IMG/VR virus record: IMGVR_UViG_3300027973_000988
Coordinates: 1 to 24,251 of that record
Length of the DNA: 24,251 nt
Direction: 5' to 3' (one strand)
From: a virus
Taxonomy: Duplodnaviria > Caudoviricetes
Each line of letters opens with the position of its first letter. Within the stretch, counting starts at the first letter, position 1. Both the position numbers and the translations under genes were made by a program. Under the pieces are notes generated by a model. That model worked only from the letters and a program-made list of their open reading frames with translations, was not told the DNA's origin and did no database searches. Shown here piece after piece: positions 8,838-16,965 of the stretch.

Positions 8838-9265
8838 TATATATTACCTTTGTTATGAAATTCTCTTTTGAATTTCGATGCTTTTCTATAGATAACTCCA
8901 TTATCATCTATTCTCAACCAGTTTAAAGGTTGATTTACTTTTAAAATTTTTCTAAAATGTTCTTTTGTCCAAGACATAACTTTTTTAATATTCTTAACAC
9001 AAATAGTATCAATATGCCATACATTATCACCGCTTTTCCAATCATTTGGTTTTAAAAAAGTTGTTGATATAAAACGATTTTGAGCGTCGTTATTTAGAAA
9101 AGCCCAGTTTGTAAATGCAATCACTTCGTCTCCTTGTTTGTGTATTTTGTATTGTTTTAATTGGTAAGAAGGAAGAATGTGAAATAATAGATCTTTATCA
9201 CTATATTTTTTATATCGGTCAAAACACCTATATAAAGATATTATAGTTTTTATTTCATCAAACAT
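8837..9265 (-). CDS. RTX toxin-activating acyltransferase (HlyC/TAAT family)-like protein
   Basis: ILPSYQLKQY, AFTNWAFL, DWKSGDNVWHID and WLR match HlyC-family blocks (P..L.QY, A..SWA.L, DW.SGDR.W.ID, R). Confidence 0.8.
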   Translation of the reverse strand: MFDEIKTIISLYRCFDRYKKYSDKDLLFHILPSYQLKQYKIHKQGDEVIAFTNWAFLNNDAQNRFISTTFLKPNDWKSGDNVWHIDTICVKNIKKVMSWTKEHFRKILKVNQPLNWLRIDDNGVIYRKASKFKREFHNKGNI

Positions 9266-9297
9266 CTTACAGCAGGCGTAAATACCTGAAAACGTTT

Positions 9298-9326
9298 AAT
9301 TTACTATGGTTTAAGGGTAAGGTCAA
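9298..9326 (-). promoter_or_regulatory. Sigma70-type promoter for the hlyC-like / ejection protein operon
   Basis: TTGACC (9326-9321), 17 nt, TAAATT (9303-9298); -35 lies in the last codons of the upstream gene. Confidence 0.65.
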
Positions 9327-10047
9327 CTTGTTTTGGTTTAAACATAAGGCTTAAACTACCTGTATAAGCATGAGATCCAAAATGAGTTAAAGCTGTTGTA
9401 GCATCTGCATATATTTTACCACCCATAGCAACCCATAATCTACAGAATGCAATGTCTTCTCCAAGGTAACCGTGTTCAGGATCTTGAGCTGTTTCAAAGA
9501 ATGTATACCAACCTTCTTTCATAACCTCTACTTTGTTACCTACTAACTGTTTATTAACAGTTGCTTTTTCAGGGTATTTTTTTGCAAGTTCTTCAAATAC
9601 TTCTCTTTTGATTAACATGAATCCGGTAGGACCTGCAGTAATTTCTACAAAACCATCTTTATCAATTTTAACATCATCTCTATCTGGAAAATGTACAATG
9701 AATTGTAATGAATGATTTTCACCATAACCTTTTACAGCGTATGGAGTTAAACAAAGAGGAACATCTTTTTCTAATAATCTATAGATAGCTTCTGGTTCAA
9801 ATCCAATATCTGAATCTATAAATAAGAAATGAGAACAATCTGATTTTAAAAAAGAGGCTACACAATTATTTCTAGCTTGTGTAACTAAAGCCATTCCTGA
9901 TTGTAAATGTAATGCTGTTGACACAGCTAATCTTGGATGAGTAGTTGATACAAATCTCATCATACTGTTCATATAGTTTGTTGTAACCATATGTCCGAAA
10001 GCCGGAGTTGCTACAAATAATTTAATTTGTTTTTTCTTGTCTGACAT
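9304..10047 (-). CDS. GT-A fold glycosyltransferase-like protein
   Basis: LFVATP start, ARN, HFLFIDSDIGF (DxD), TGFMLIKREVF, GEDIAFC motifs. Confidence 0.75.
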   Translation of the reverse strand: MSDKKKQIKLFVATPAFGHMVTTNYMNSMMRFVSTTHPRLAVSTALHLQSGMALVTQARNNCVASFLKSDCSHFLFIDSDIGFEPEAIYRLLEKDVPLCLTPYAVKGYGENHSLQFIVHFPDRDDVKIDKDGFVEITAGPTGFMLIKREVFEELAKKYPEKATVNKQLVGNKVEVMKEGWYTFFETAQDPEHGYLGEDIAFCRLWVAMGGKIYADATTALTHFGSHAYTGSLSLMFKPKQVDLTLKP

Positions 10048-10957
10048 AATTAAAAAAGTTTTTCCATTCTTCTATTCTAGTTTCCCAAGAGTAATATTTT
10101 TTATAAAATTTAACTTGTAATTCTAGGTCCTCTTTATACACATTATTTTTATAGTTGTCCATAACTGTATTTAATGCACTTGTATAACTATCAATTAATT
10201 GAAGACCATTTTGATTAAATTCTATCATTGTTGCAAAGTCTCCACATGTTTCAGGTAAAGCTCCAAAATTAGTTGTTACTGTATGACAACCTGCCATCAT
10301 TGCTTCAATAGCAGCAATACAAGATGTTTCTTCAAATATACTTGGGTATGCAAATATGTGTGATGATTTTAATGCTTCCCTAACTTCTTCATTAGGAGCA
10401 TAACCAATGTAATTCATATTTTTAGTATTTCTACATAGTTCATATAATTTTTCAAATTTATCATCTTCACTTGTTTTAAACTCTGATCCGTATATTTTAG
10501 TAGAAGAATAAACATCTACAGTAAAGTCATCTCTAATTTTATTTAATTTTTCTACACAACGAACAAGAATCTCAAGACCTCTCCATGGTGTTGGAGTGTA
10601 AATTATTTTTAAACGACCATCCATTTTTTTAACTATAGGTTCTTTATATGAGAAAGTATTATTTTTAATAACAAAAGATTTATATTCAGGAATTTTAAAA
10701 TGATCTCTAAATCTATTAAAACACCAATGGCTGTTGTAAACAAAAAAATCTACCGAATCTACAAATTTACGATCACGCATAAATTGAACATTAGGTTGAT
10801 CATAACTTAAATGTTGCCAAACAACATTGATTTTATCTTTTTGAATAAATTGTGGATGACACATAGAAGGTATTAAGTTAATACCATTCAATGCACCTTC
10901 TGGAAGTTGACTAATCAACTGTTCCTTTATAATTTCTGTTCCACCTTTAGGCTTCAT
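10022..10957 (-). CDS. GT-B fold glycosyltransferase (GT4 / Glycos_transf_1-like)
   Basis: GGTE N-terminus, IIYTPTPWRGL, and FAYPSIFEETSCIAAIEAMMAGC with the E-x7-E signature. Confidence 0.85.
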   Translation of the reverse strand: MKPKGGTEIIKEQLISQLPEGALNGINLIPSMCHPQFIQKDKINVVWQHLSYDQPNVQFMRDRKFVDSVDFFVYNSHWCFNRFRDHFKIPEYKSFVIKNNTFSYKEPIVKKMDGRLKIIYTPTPWRGLEILVRCVEKLNKIRDDFTVDVYSSTKIYGSEFKTSEDDKFEKLYELCRNTKNMNYIGYAPNEEVREALKSSHIFAYPSIFEETSCIAAIEAMMAGCHTVTTNFGALPETCGDFATMIEFNQNGLQLIDSYTSALNTVMDNYKNNVYKEDLELQVKFYKKYYSWETRIEEWKNFFNYVRQEKTN

Positions 10958-11567
10958 TTATATCTCCATTTATAAACAATCCATCTACTTGAATCAAGCT
11001 ATTTCCTGAATACATAAGATCAAATATATCAATAAATTTAAAGTTAATATTATTTAAATAAGAAATAACTTCTTCTATTCTTGGGGCTCCCTTATTAAAC
11101 ATAAGTGTTTGTAGTTCTAATAATAAGTATTTACTATTCTTTATAATAGGTAATGCACCTTTAATAATATCAAGTTCAGATCCTTGGACATCCATTTTAA
11201 TTAAATCATAACCTTCATTTGAACCTAATAAAGTTGATAATGTTACTGTTTTTTTCTTTTTAATTTCAAATTTATAAGGTGTATTTTCTTTATAAATAGT
11301 ATTCCCAGTTTGGTAATCCCCTAAACAATTGTAATAATCAACCTCTTTATTATCTTCGTTTCCTAATAAAGCTATTTTATATTTACCTACTTCTTTTAAT
11401 ATTTTTTCTTTATCTTCGTTAGCTTCAATCATTAATATATCAGCTTTAGGAAAAATAAATTTAACTAATTTAGCAAACCCACCTTCATAAGCGCCAATAT
11501 CTAATACTTTATTAAATTCAACTTTTTCATTTTTATAATGATTTAGTCTTTTTTCTAAAGCTATCAT
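10947..11567 (-). CDS. FkbM-family SAM-dependent methyltransferase
   Basis: VLDIGAYEG, IEAN, DLIKMDVQGSELDIIKG, QVDGLF motifs. Confidence 0.9.
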   Translation of the reverse strand: MIALEKRLNHYKNEKVEFNKVLDIGAYEGGFAKLVKFIFPKADILMIEANEDKEKILKEVGKYKIALLGNEDNKEVDYYNCLGDYQTGNTIYKENTPYKFEIKKKKTVTLSTLLGSNEGYDLIKMDVQGSELDIIKGALPIIKNSKYLLLELQTLMFNKGAPRIEEVISYLNNINFKFIDIFDLMYSGNSLIQVDGLFINGDINEA

Positions 11568-11740
11568 TGTGATTCGTTTATTAATGGAATTGTAGGAACT
11601 ATTATTTTAACATCACGTCTAATATCTTTAGGATCAACAGTTGTATCAGCTTGCGCTTCTGCTTCATCCTTATAAATGTATCCAGTCTTTAAATTTATAA
11701 TTGTAATTTCTGAATCACAGATTATCTTAATTTCTTTCAT
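11564..11740 (-). CDS. Small hypothetical phage protein (58 aa; not in ORF track)
   Basis: Manually translated MKEIKIICDSEITIINLKTGYIYKDEAEAQADTTVDPKDIRRDVKIIVPTIPLINESQ; ATGA overlap with the FkbM start; fills the gap. Confidence 0.8.
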   Translation of the reverse strand: MKEIKIICDSEITIINLKTGYIYKDEAEAQADTTVDPKDIRRDVKIIVPTIPLINESQ

Positions 11741-11752
11741 TTTTTATTTCTA

Positions 11753-12088
11753 TTAACTAATCAACCCTCTATTTATCTCCATAATTGATACAATTGCTGT
11801 TACATCTGTAGTGCTATCAGAAGATAATAACAACGCATCTTTTTCTTGTAGTATTATAGGACCTGAAGCTAAATTGAAAGAAGTTTTTGCAGCTATATCA
11901 TTAATACCAACTTTAATTGTTGTACTATTAGTATAACTATAAACATAAGCAGATACAGTATGAGTGCCTGTTGAATTTGCAAATTGTATGTTTTGAATAA
12001 TTGCTCTTGCTGTAGCGTTGCAAGTATATACGGTTGTATTAGCAGTTGTTGTTGCTATGTAAATTGCGTTTTTAAATATATTACTCAT
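11753..12088 (-). CDS. Small beta-rich probable virion (tail) protein
   Basis: 111 aa from ATG 12088 (MSNIFKNA; ATGA overlap with the upstream ORF) rather than TTG 12109; Thr/Ser-rich, TTVYTC...IILQEKD...SIMEI pattern. Confidence 0.65.
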   Translation of the reverse strand: MSNIFKNAIYIATTTANTTVYTCNATARAIIQNIQFANSTGTHTVSAYVYSYTNSTTIKVGINDIAAKTSFNLASGPIILQEKDALLLSSDSTTDVTAIVSIMEINRGLIS

Positions 12089-12261
12089 TGATACCTTGCC
12101 ATAAACCAAGTTTCAGATTCAGATATATCTTGAGTGTCTTGTGTATATGTTGAGTTTAACTGAACAACCATTTGCTCTATTGTTCTAATAATTTGATCTA
12201 ATTGCGCAGAACTATATTCAGGAGTAGCGTTAGCTAATCTTGGTTGGTTTAATTTAGTCAT
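12085..12261 (-). CDS. Small hypothetical phage protein (58 aa; not in ORF track)
   Basis: Manually translated MTKLNQPRLANATPEYSSAQLDQIIRTIEQMVVQLNSTYTQDTQDISESETWFMARYQ; coupled on both sides (TAATG and ATGA). Confidence 0.8.
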   Translation of the reverse strand: MTKLNQPRLANATPEYSSAQLDQIIRTIEQMVVQLNSTYTQDTQDISESETWFMARYQ

Positions 12262-14120
12262 TATCTTAAGCCGTCTGGTTGAGTATCAATTCTAATTGTA
12301 CCAAATCTAAATGTTGAATCTATGTCGGAAGTTACCATTTTAATAGCAACTTGTCTACCTCTAGCTCTCATATCTACTTTAGTTGTAGTTGAATAAACTA
12401 ATGTACTAGACGCAACTGTTTGTGTTTGCCCAGGATATTGTCTTACTAAAAATTGCATATTAACAGAACCTGTTTGATTTTTAAAATCAGGAATATAACG
12501 TTTAACAAACATAGAATCATTACCATCACCGATAGACATATCTCCTGTGGTAATAAAAGAAGATAAAGCTAGTCCTGCAGCATTATCACCATATTCTTGG
12601 TTATATAAAATTGATCTTCCAGATGTTAAACCAATAACTGTCGGTTGTGTTATCGCTGTAGATGTTGAACTATATTCAGTTGCAAGTGGATAAGCAAAAA
12701 TATCTTGCGGAGCCCATGTAGTTCTTGCAAGTGTTCCAATAGTCCAAACTTGTTCTCTATAGTTATAAGTTACTACTTTATTAATATAGTCAGAATTAGC
12801 TGATGGGTAAAACCAATTTACTTCAGCAAATTGTAAGTTAACTCCAGCGTAAATAGTCGCTTGCTCCTCGTCATCCAAATCACTAAAAATATAATCTTGA
12901 ACTGTACATGGTATTTGTTTGACTACCCCGTCAAATGAATAGAAGCCACCACTAGACATCCAAAATACAACGTTTTCAGCTTCTACGGCTGCATGTGTTG
13001 ATATAGCTCCGCAGTTAGTACCTGTTTGTTTAAAACCAAATGTATAAGGAGGTCCTACAAACTGCATTTGATGTGCTGATGTATTTGTTAAAATTAATAA
13101 ATCACCTCTTGTTCTAACAGCAGTTACAATTCTATTTCCTGAAGACAGTCTTTGAAAACCTGCAGTATTAATAGCTGTTGGTGTGAAATCAGTAATAGAT
13201 TCTTGAGATCCAAATAGTACCGCCATTGGATCATAACTATTACTATCTCCTGGAGTTGTTTGAGTTCCTAAAAATATAATATGTCTATCACGAGAAGATA
13301 CAATCATATAATTAGATTGTGTAGGAGCTTGTGTAATTAAAGTTGCTCTAGTATTTCTAGATATTACAAAAGTAGATGTATCTAGATAATATGTTTTACC
13401 GCTTTTAATTGTTGCAACTAAATCTTCTCCCCAGTTATCTAATATCCAGATTCTAGCATTTTGAGTTATAACTCCTGTTGGCCTTGCTGTACCCCAAGTA
13501 GAAAATCCCCATGATGCAGCTCCCCATCCAATACCAAATTGAGAAGTATCTGCCCCAACGTTTATTTGAAATGCTCCAGTTCCTGTTGCAGTATCTGATA
13601 TAGTAGGAGTACCAAGTTCAGCTACATTTATTTTAAATGTATTAGCATTTGTAATTTCTTGAATCTCAAATTCTTGAGACATAGTAGTATCAGTAATCCC
13701 AGCCGCTCCAACACTAACTCCAGTTACCGATGAAAATGTAACAAAGTCTCCTGCTACTGCTCCATTAGAAGTTGAAGTAACATCTACAATAGTTGTTCCT
13801 GAAGTAAATGAAAATACTACAGCTTGTGTAGTAGAAATAGGTGTAACATCATAAAAATTATTATCGTAATAAATATAAAGTTTTCTATCTGTACCAATAG
13901 CAGAGAGAGAATCTCCTGCTAAATCTGTATAGTTATGCATGTCTCTAGCAGCACCTATTAAAGTAAAAGGAGGCGCAGCATTGCTCCATCCGCCTATTTT
14001 TTCAGGTACTCCATAACGAAACCTAACGTTATCACAGTCTACCCATCCGCCTTCAGCTCCATAAGCTGTATCTTGTTTATTGATACCTGGACGTGGAAAT
14101 TTTAATTTAGTAATTGGCAT
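12261..14120 (-). CDS. Podovirus tail hub / DNA stabilisation protein (P22 gp10-like, tail tubular protein B analogue)
   Basis: 619 aa beta-rich; PGINK...WVDCDNVRFR.G.PEKIGGW start, WILDNWGEDL, GPPYTFGF, RARGRQ...PDGLR end, recalled as typical of this family. Confidence 0.7.
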   Translation of the reverse strand: MPITKLKFPRPGINKQDTAYGAEGGWVDCDNVRFRYGVPEKIGGWSNAAPPFTLIGAARDMHNYTDLAGDSLSAIGTDRKLYIYYDNNFYDVTPISTTQAVVFSFTSGTTIVDVTSTSNGAVAGDFVTFSSVTGVSVGAAGITDTTMSQEFEIQEITNANTFKINVAELGTPTISDTATGTGAFQINVGADTSQFGIGWGAASWGFSTWGTARPTGVITQNARIWILDNWGEDLVATIKSGKTYYLDTSTFVISRNTRATLITQAPTQSNYMIVSSRDRHIIFLGTQTTPGDSNSYDPMAVLFGSQESITDFTPTAINTAGFQRLSSGNRIVTAVRTRGDLLILTNTSAHQMQFVGPPYTFGFKQTGTNCGAISTHAAVEAENVVFWMSSGGFYSFDGVVKQIPCTVQDYIFSDLDDEEQATIYAGVNLQFAEVNWFYPSANSDYINKVVTYNYREQVWTIGTLARTTWAPQDIFAYPLATEYSSTSTAITQPTVIGLTSGRSILYNQEYGDNAAGLALSSFITTGDMSIGDGNDSMFVKRYIPDFKNQTGSVNMQFLVRQYPGQTQTVASSTLVYSTTTKVDMRARGRQVAIKMVTSDIDSTFRFGTIRIDTQPDGLR

Positions 14121-14127
14121 AAGCTTA

Positions 14128-14155
14128 CTTATACCACCAAATTTGTTGAATTATA
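14128..14155 (-). promoter_or_regulatory. Possible promoter(s) for the tail hub gene
   Basis: The intergenic gap holds TATAAT directly after the upstream TAG and an extended -10-like TGGTATAAG 7 nt before the ATG; no SD; weak -35. Confidence 0.35.
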
Positions 14156-14809
14156 CTATTTTTTAGTAAAAGGTGGTAATCCTAATAGAGGTCTTTTATC
14201 ATATAAATTGGAATCTGCAAACTGTCCATTTACATGGTTATAATGCAAGAAAACTTGCGCACAGATATTGCCTTTAAACTCGTCTCTCCAATGTTCTAAT
14301 TCACAACCAGAATACACTAACATATCACCAGGTTCTAGATCCACTCTTATGCCTTTAGGAGCATCTGGTTTCATTATATTCTTATATTCATCAATTACAT
14401 TATTACTTCCTGTTGTATCTAAATAGATAGCCCAAGGATCTCCACCTAGATTTAATGTAGTAGATATCTCACAAGATGGTCTATCTTTATGTCTCTTTAA
14501 TATAGATCCCTTCTCGTACACGCGCGCGTACGAGTACGTAGGTATTAAATTAAGATTAGTTTGTTGTTTCATTATAGGCATTACTTTCATAAGTAATGTT
14601 TCCATAACAAAGTCTGCATAATGAGAATATACATTTGGAACTTGTTGATCTTTCCAAGTACCTAACATCCCATTCTCCGCTACTATATTATTTGAGTATA
14701 GATAATTAACAGCGTCTCTTTTAAGTAGGAAATAATTAAATACAAAGTTAGCAAGATCGTATGGTATTGCTTTTTTAATTACTTGGTATTTATTCTGGGC
14801 GAAGCTCAT
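14156..14809 (-). CDS. 2OG-Fe(II) oxygenase-like protein
   Basis: YARVYEKG.ILKRHKDRPSCEISTT (HxD), LEPGDMLVYSG, distal EHWR. Confidence 0.75.
   Translation of the reverse strand: MSFAQNKYQVIKKAIPYDLANFVFNYFLLKRDAVNYLYSNNIVAENGMLGTWKDQQVPNVYSHYADFVMETLLMKVMPIMKQQTNLNLIPTYSYARVYEKGSILKRHKDRPSCEISTTLNLGGDPWAIYLDTTGSNNVIDEYKNIMKPDAPKGIRVDLEPGDMLVYSGCELEHWRDEFKGNICAQVFLHYNHVNGQFADSNLYDKRPLLGLPPFTKK
14513..14534. repeat. Near-perfect 22-bp GC-rich palindrome inside a CDS
   Basis: CTCGTAC-A-CGCGCG-C-GTACGAG; the single mismatch is a G.U pair in the mRNA. Confidence 0.9.
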
Positions 14810-15399
14810 GCTTGCATTCCTGCCTGTAGAAAATTAAAGGATACTGATATTCTTATATCATCAGATTGATTTGGATCAACACAGTGATTAAGCCATGATG
14901 GAAACATAATCAGTCTTCCAGCGATTGGTTTATAATAAACTTCTCTCCAAAGGTAAGATGGTAATTGACCTTCTTTTCTTCTTGGATGAGTCATAGCTGC
15001 AACTGATTTTGGATCTTCACATTTTAAATGTCCACAATTCTCTGGTGTCTTAATGTAATAAACTCCAGACCATAATGAATTAGGATGCATATGAGGTCTA
15101 TTAAAACCACCTTTGTAATTTATATTTGCCCACATATTACCAAGGAATGGTTCGTTATCTAATAACTCTTCTTTATAAATATGAAATTGTGCCTTAAATA
15201 ATAAATCAACTAATTCTCTGTATTCTGGAAGTTTATGCATATTTGTTTCACTATGCCATCCATTCATATTAGTTTTTTGAAGACCTTTATCTTTTCTAGA
15301 CCATTCAATAATATTATTTTCTAAATGTTTATTTAATTGTGGACTGCCTACATCAGCAACATAAATAGGTGTTGCAAAGAATAATTCTCTATTCATCAT
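14806..15399 (-). CDS. 2OG-Fe(II) oxygenase (TIGR02466 / 2OG-FeII_Oxy_5-like)
   Basis: WANINYKGGFNRPHMHPNSLWSGVYY (HxH), LIMFPSWLNHCV, RISVSFN. Confidence 0.85.
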   Translation of the reverse strand: MMNRELFFATPIYVADVGSPQLNKHLENNIIEWSRKDKGLQKTNMNGWHSETNMHKLPEYRELVDLLFKAQFHIYKEELLDNEPFLGNMWANINYKGGFNRPHMHPNSLWSGVYYIKTPENCGHLKCEDPKSVAAMTHPRRKEGQLPSYLWREVYYKPIAGRLIMFPSWLNHCVDPNQSDDIRISVSFNFLQAGMQA

Positions 15400-15974
15400 T
15401 TAAATGGAGTTCCTCCAAACCACATTACAAGTGATTTTCTTGTACCTTTTGTAATTGGTATAACTCTGTGTCTTATATAACTTGCAAAGAAAATAGCTTG
15501 TCCTTGTTTAGGTCTTGCAATCTTTCCATCTGACATTAATTCTAGTCCACCACCTTCAAATTCTGATTCATGAGATAATAAACAAGTCATAGATATTTTA
15601 CGTACTGGCGGTTCATTTGCACAATTAACATCTGAATCTATATGCCAATCATAAAATCCACCTGATGGATATTCTGTATATTGAGCAGGTTCTGTTATTT
15701 GCATTCCTTCAAATCCAAAATGATTACCATTAGTTTGCTGCATTACTCTTTCTAGAGTTTTATACATTTCAGGCATCTTATTAAAAGGTATCCAACTAAT
15801 ATGAGAAGTTCTAACCTTTGTATCTACTGTGCCACCTTTACCTCCACCCACTTGACCATTTTCAACGGGTTCAGCTCTACCTGCATTTATAATTAATTGA
15901 CATTGTTCTGGTGTAAATAATGGTGAAGTTGTCTCTACAATTAAAGACTTCCAACGTGGTTCTGTTATTATCAT
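15396..15974 (-). CDS. 2OG-Fe(II) oxygenase, PKHD / prolyl-4-hydroxylase-like
   Basis: QYTEY..GGFYDWHID (HxD), RKISMT.LL, EFEGGGL, HRVIPITKGTRKSLVMW. Confidence 0.9.
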   Translation of the reverse strand: MIITEPRWKSLIVETTSPLFTPEQCQLIINAGRAEPVENGQVGGGKGGTVDTKVRTSHISWIPFNKMPEMYKTLERVMQQTNGNHFGFEGMQITEPAQYTEYPSGGFYDWHIDSDVNCANEPPVRKISMTCLLSHESEFEGGGLELMSDGKIARPKQGQAIFFASYIRHRVIPITKGTRKSLVMWFGGTPFK

Positions 15975-16621
15975 TGTGCTCCTCTGTTTTGTATTGGATC
16001 ATAAAGAACATCGCAATTAGCAGCTAACGTTCTTCTTGTATCATTTGTTCCATTGAATGGATAAACACAGTGTCTCATGTCATATGGAAAAATATAAAAA
16101 TCTCTAACTTCCATTGGTGGTTGATAATCTACTTTAGCAAATTGACCAGATGAAGATCCTAATATTTGTAGCTTTCCATTTTGTGGAGCTTGTTCTGCTG
16201 AATATTCAACTCCATAAGTATTTGGTAACTTTAAAATCATAACTGAAGACAGTCCAGTGAACAAATTGCCTTGGTGAACGTGAACGGGATTGTATTCATG
16301 AGCTTTCATTTCATTAACCCAGATTGAATTTAAATGAGTTTGATATTTTCTAATATGATTAAATTCTAAATAATGATTAAACATTTCCATAAACCATTGT
16401 TTAACATTAAGTGGTAAATGATCATGTCTTTTCATTTTAGATTCATCCTCTCCATTATAAAATAAAGAATGTTCATTTTTAATTTTACCTACTAATTGTT
16501 TATTAGCAGGATAAAGTTCATTAAATCTTTGTTCATATATTGAATTGATTGCATGAAATATATCTAAAGGAGTTTCGTAACGCATGACACACTGACCTAA
16601 AAATGTGAAATTAAATTTCAT
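15971..16621 (-). CDS. 2OG-Fe(II) oxygenase (Oxy_5-like, HxH type)
   Basis: WVNEMKAHEYNPVHVH, LSSVMILKLP, YIFPYDMRHCVYPF, RRTLAAN. Confidence 0.8.
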   Translation of the reverse strand: MKFNFTFLGQCVMRYETPLDIFHAINSIYEQRFNELYPANKQLVGKIKNEHSLFYNGEDESKMKRHDHLPLNVKQWFMEMFNHYLEFNHIRKYQTHLNSIWVNEMKAHEYNPVHVHQGNLFTGLSSVMILKLPNTYGVEYSAEQAPQNGKLQILGSSSGQFAKVDYQPPMEVRDFYIFPYDMRHCVYPFNGTNDTRRTLAANCDVLYDPIQNRGAQ

Positions 16622-16965
16622 AATCCCATTTCTTTTCTAATCTTTGTTGCAGATATTTCTTGTATTTCTTTTGGTAATACAATCTCTTCAATCTTATAAC
16701 CAACACCTCTACCATAACAAATGTTTGTAATATTAGGTACTTTTATAACTTCAAATTGACCTGTGTAATCTTTAAGTTTTTTTTCAATTCGTTCTTTAAT
16801 TTCATCAAATACAAATGGATTATCTTTTGTAGTAACTTGATCTCTAACCATAATACAAACTTGACCAGTCTTCTTTAAGATCTCTTTAAATAAAGCCAAA
16901 TGTCCATCATGGAATGGCTGCCAACGTCCAAGCATCTGTGCTGTTGGTTTAGAGTAATCTATCAT
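16618..16965 (-). CDS. Minimal HxGH nucleotidyltransferase (cytidylyltransferase / NMNAT-like fold)
   Basis: GRWQPFHDGH and C-terminal ISATKIR motifs; 115 aa. Confidence 0.8.
   Translation of the reverse strand: MIDYSKPTAQMLGRWQPFHDGHLALFKEILKKTGQVCIMVRDQVTTKDNPFVFDEIKERIEKKLKDYTGQFEVIKVPNITNICYGRGVGYKIEEIVLPKEIQEISATKIRKEMGL

Noticed and set aside
645-9715. Plus-strand ORFs (645, 3654, 4185, 4434, 6409, 9533) and the alternate-frame minus ORF 6727-6978
   Set aside because: They lie over long coherent minus-strand genes, mostly with non-ATG starts and no recognisable motifs; shadow ORFs.
9304-16621. DNA hypermodification (TET/JBP plus glycosyltransferase) cluster
   Set aside because: No DNA methyltransferase, TET/JBP signature or nucleotide-metabolism context; the genes sit among structural genes. 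Disfavoured, not excluded.
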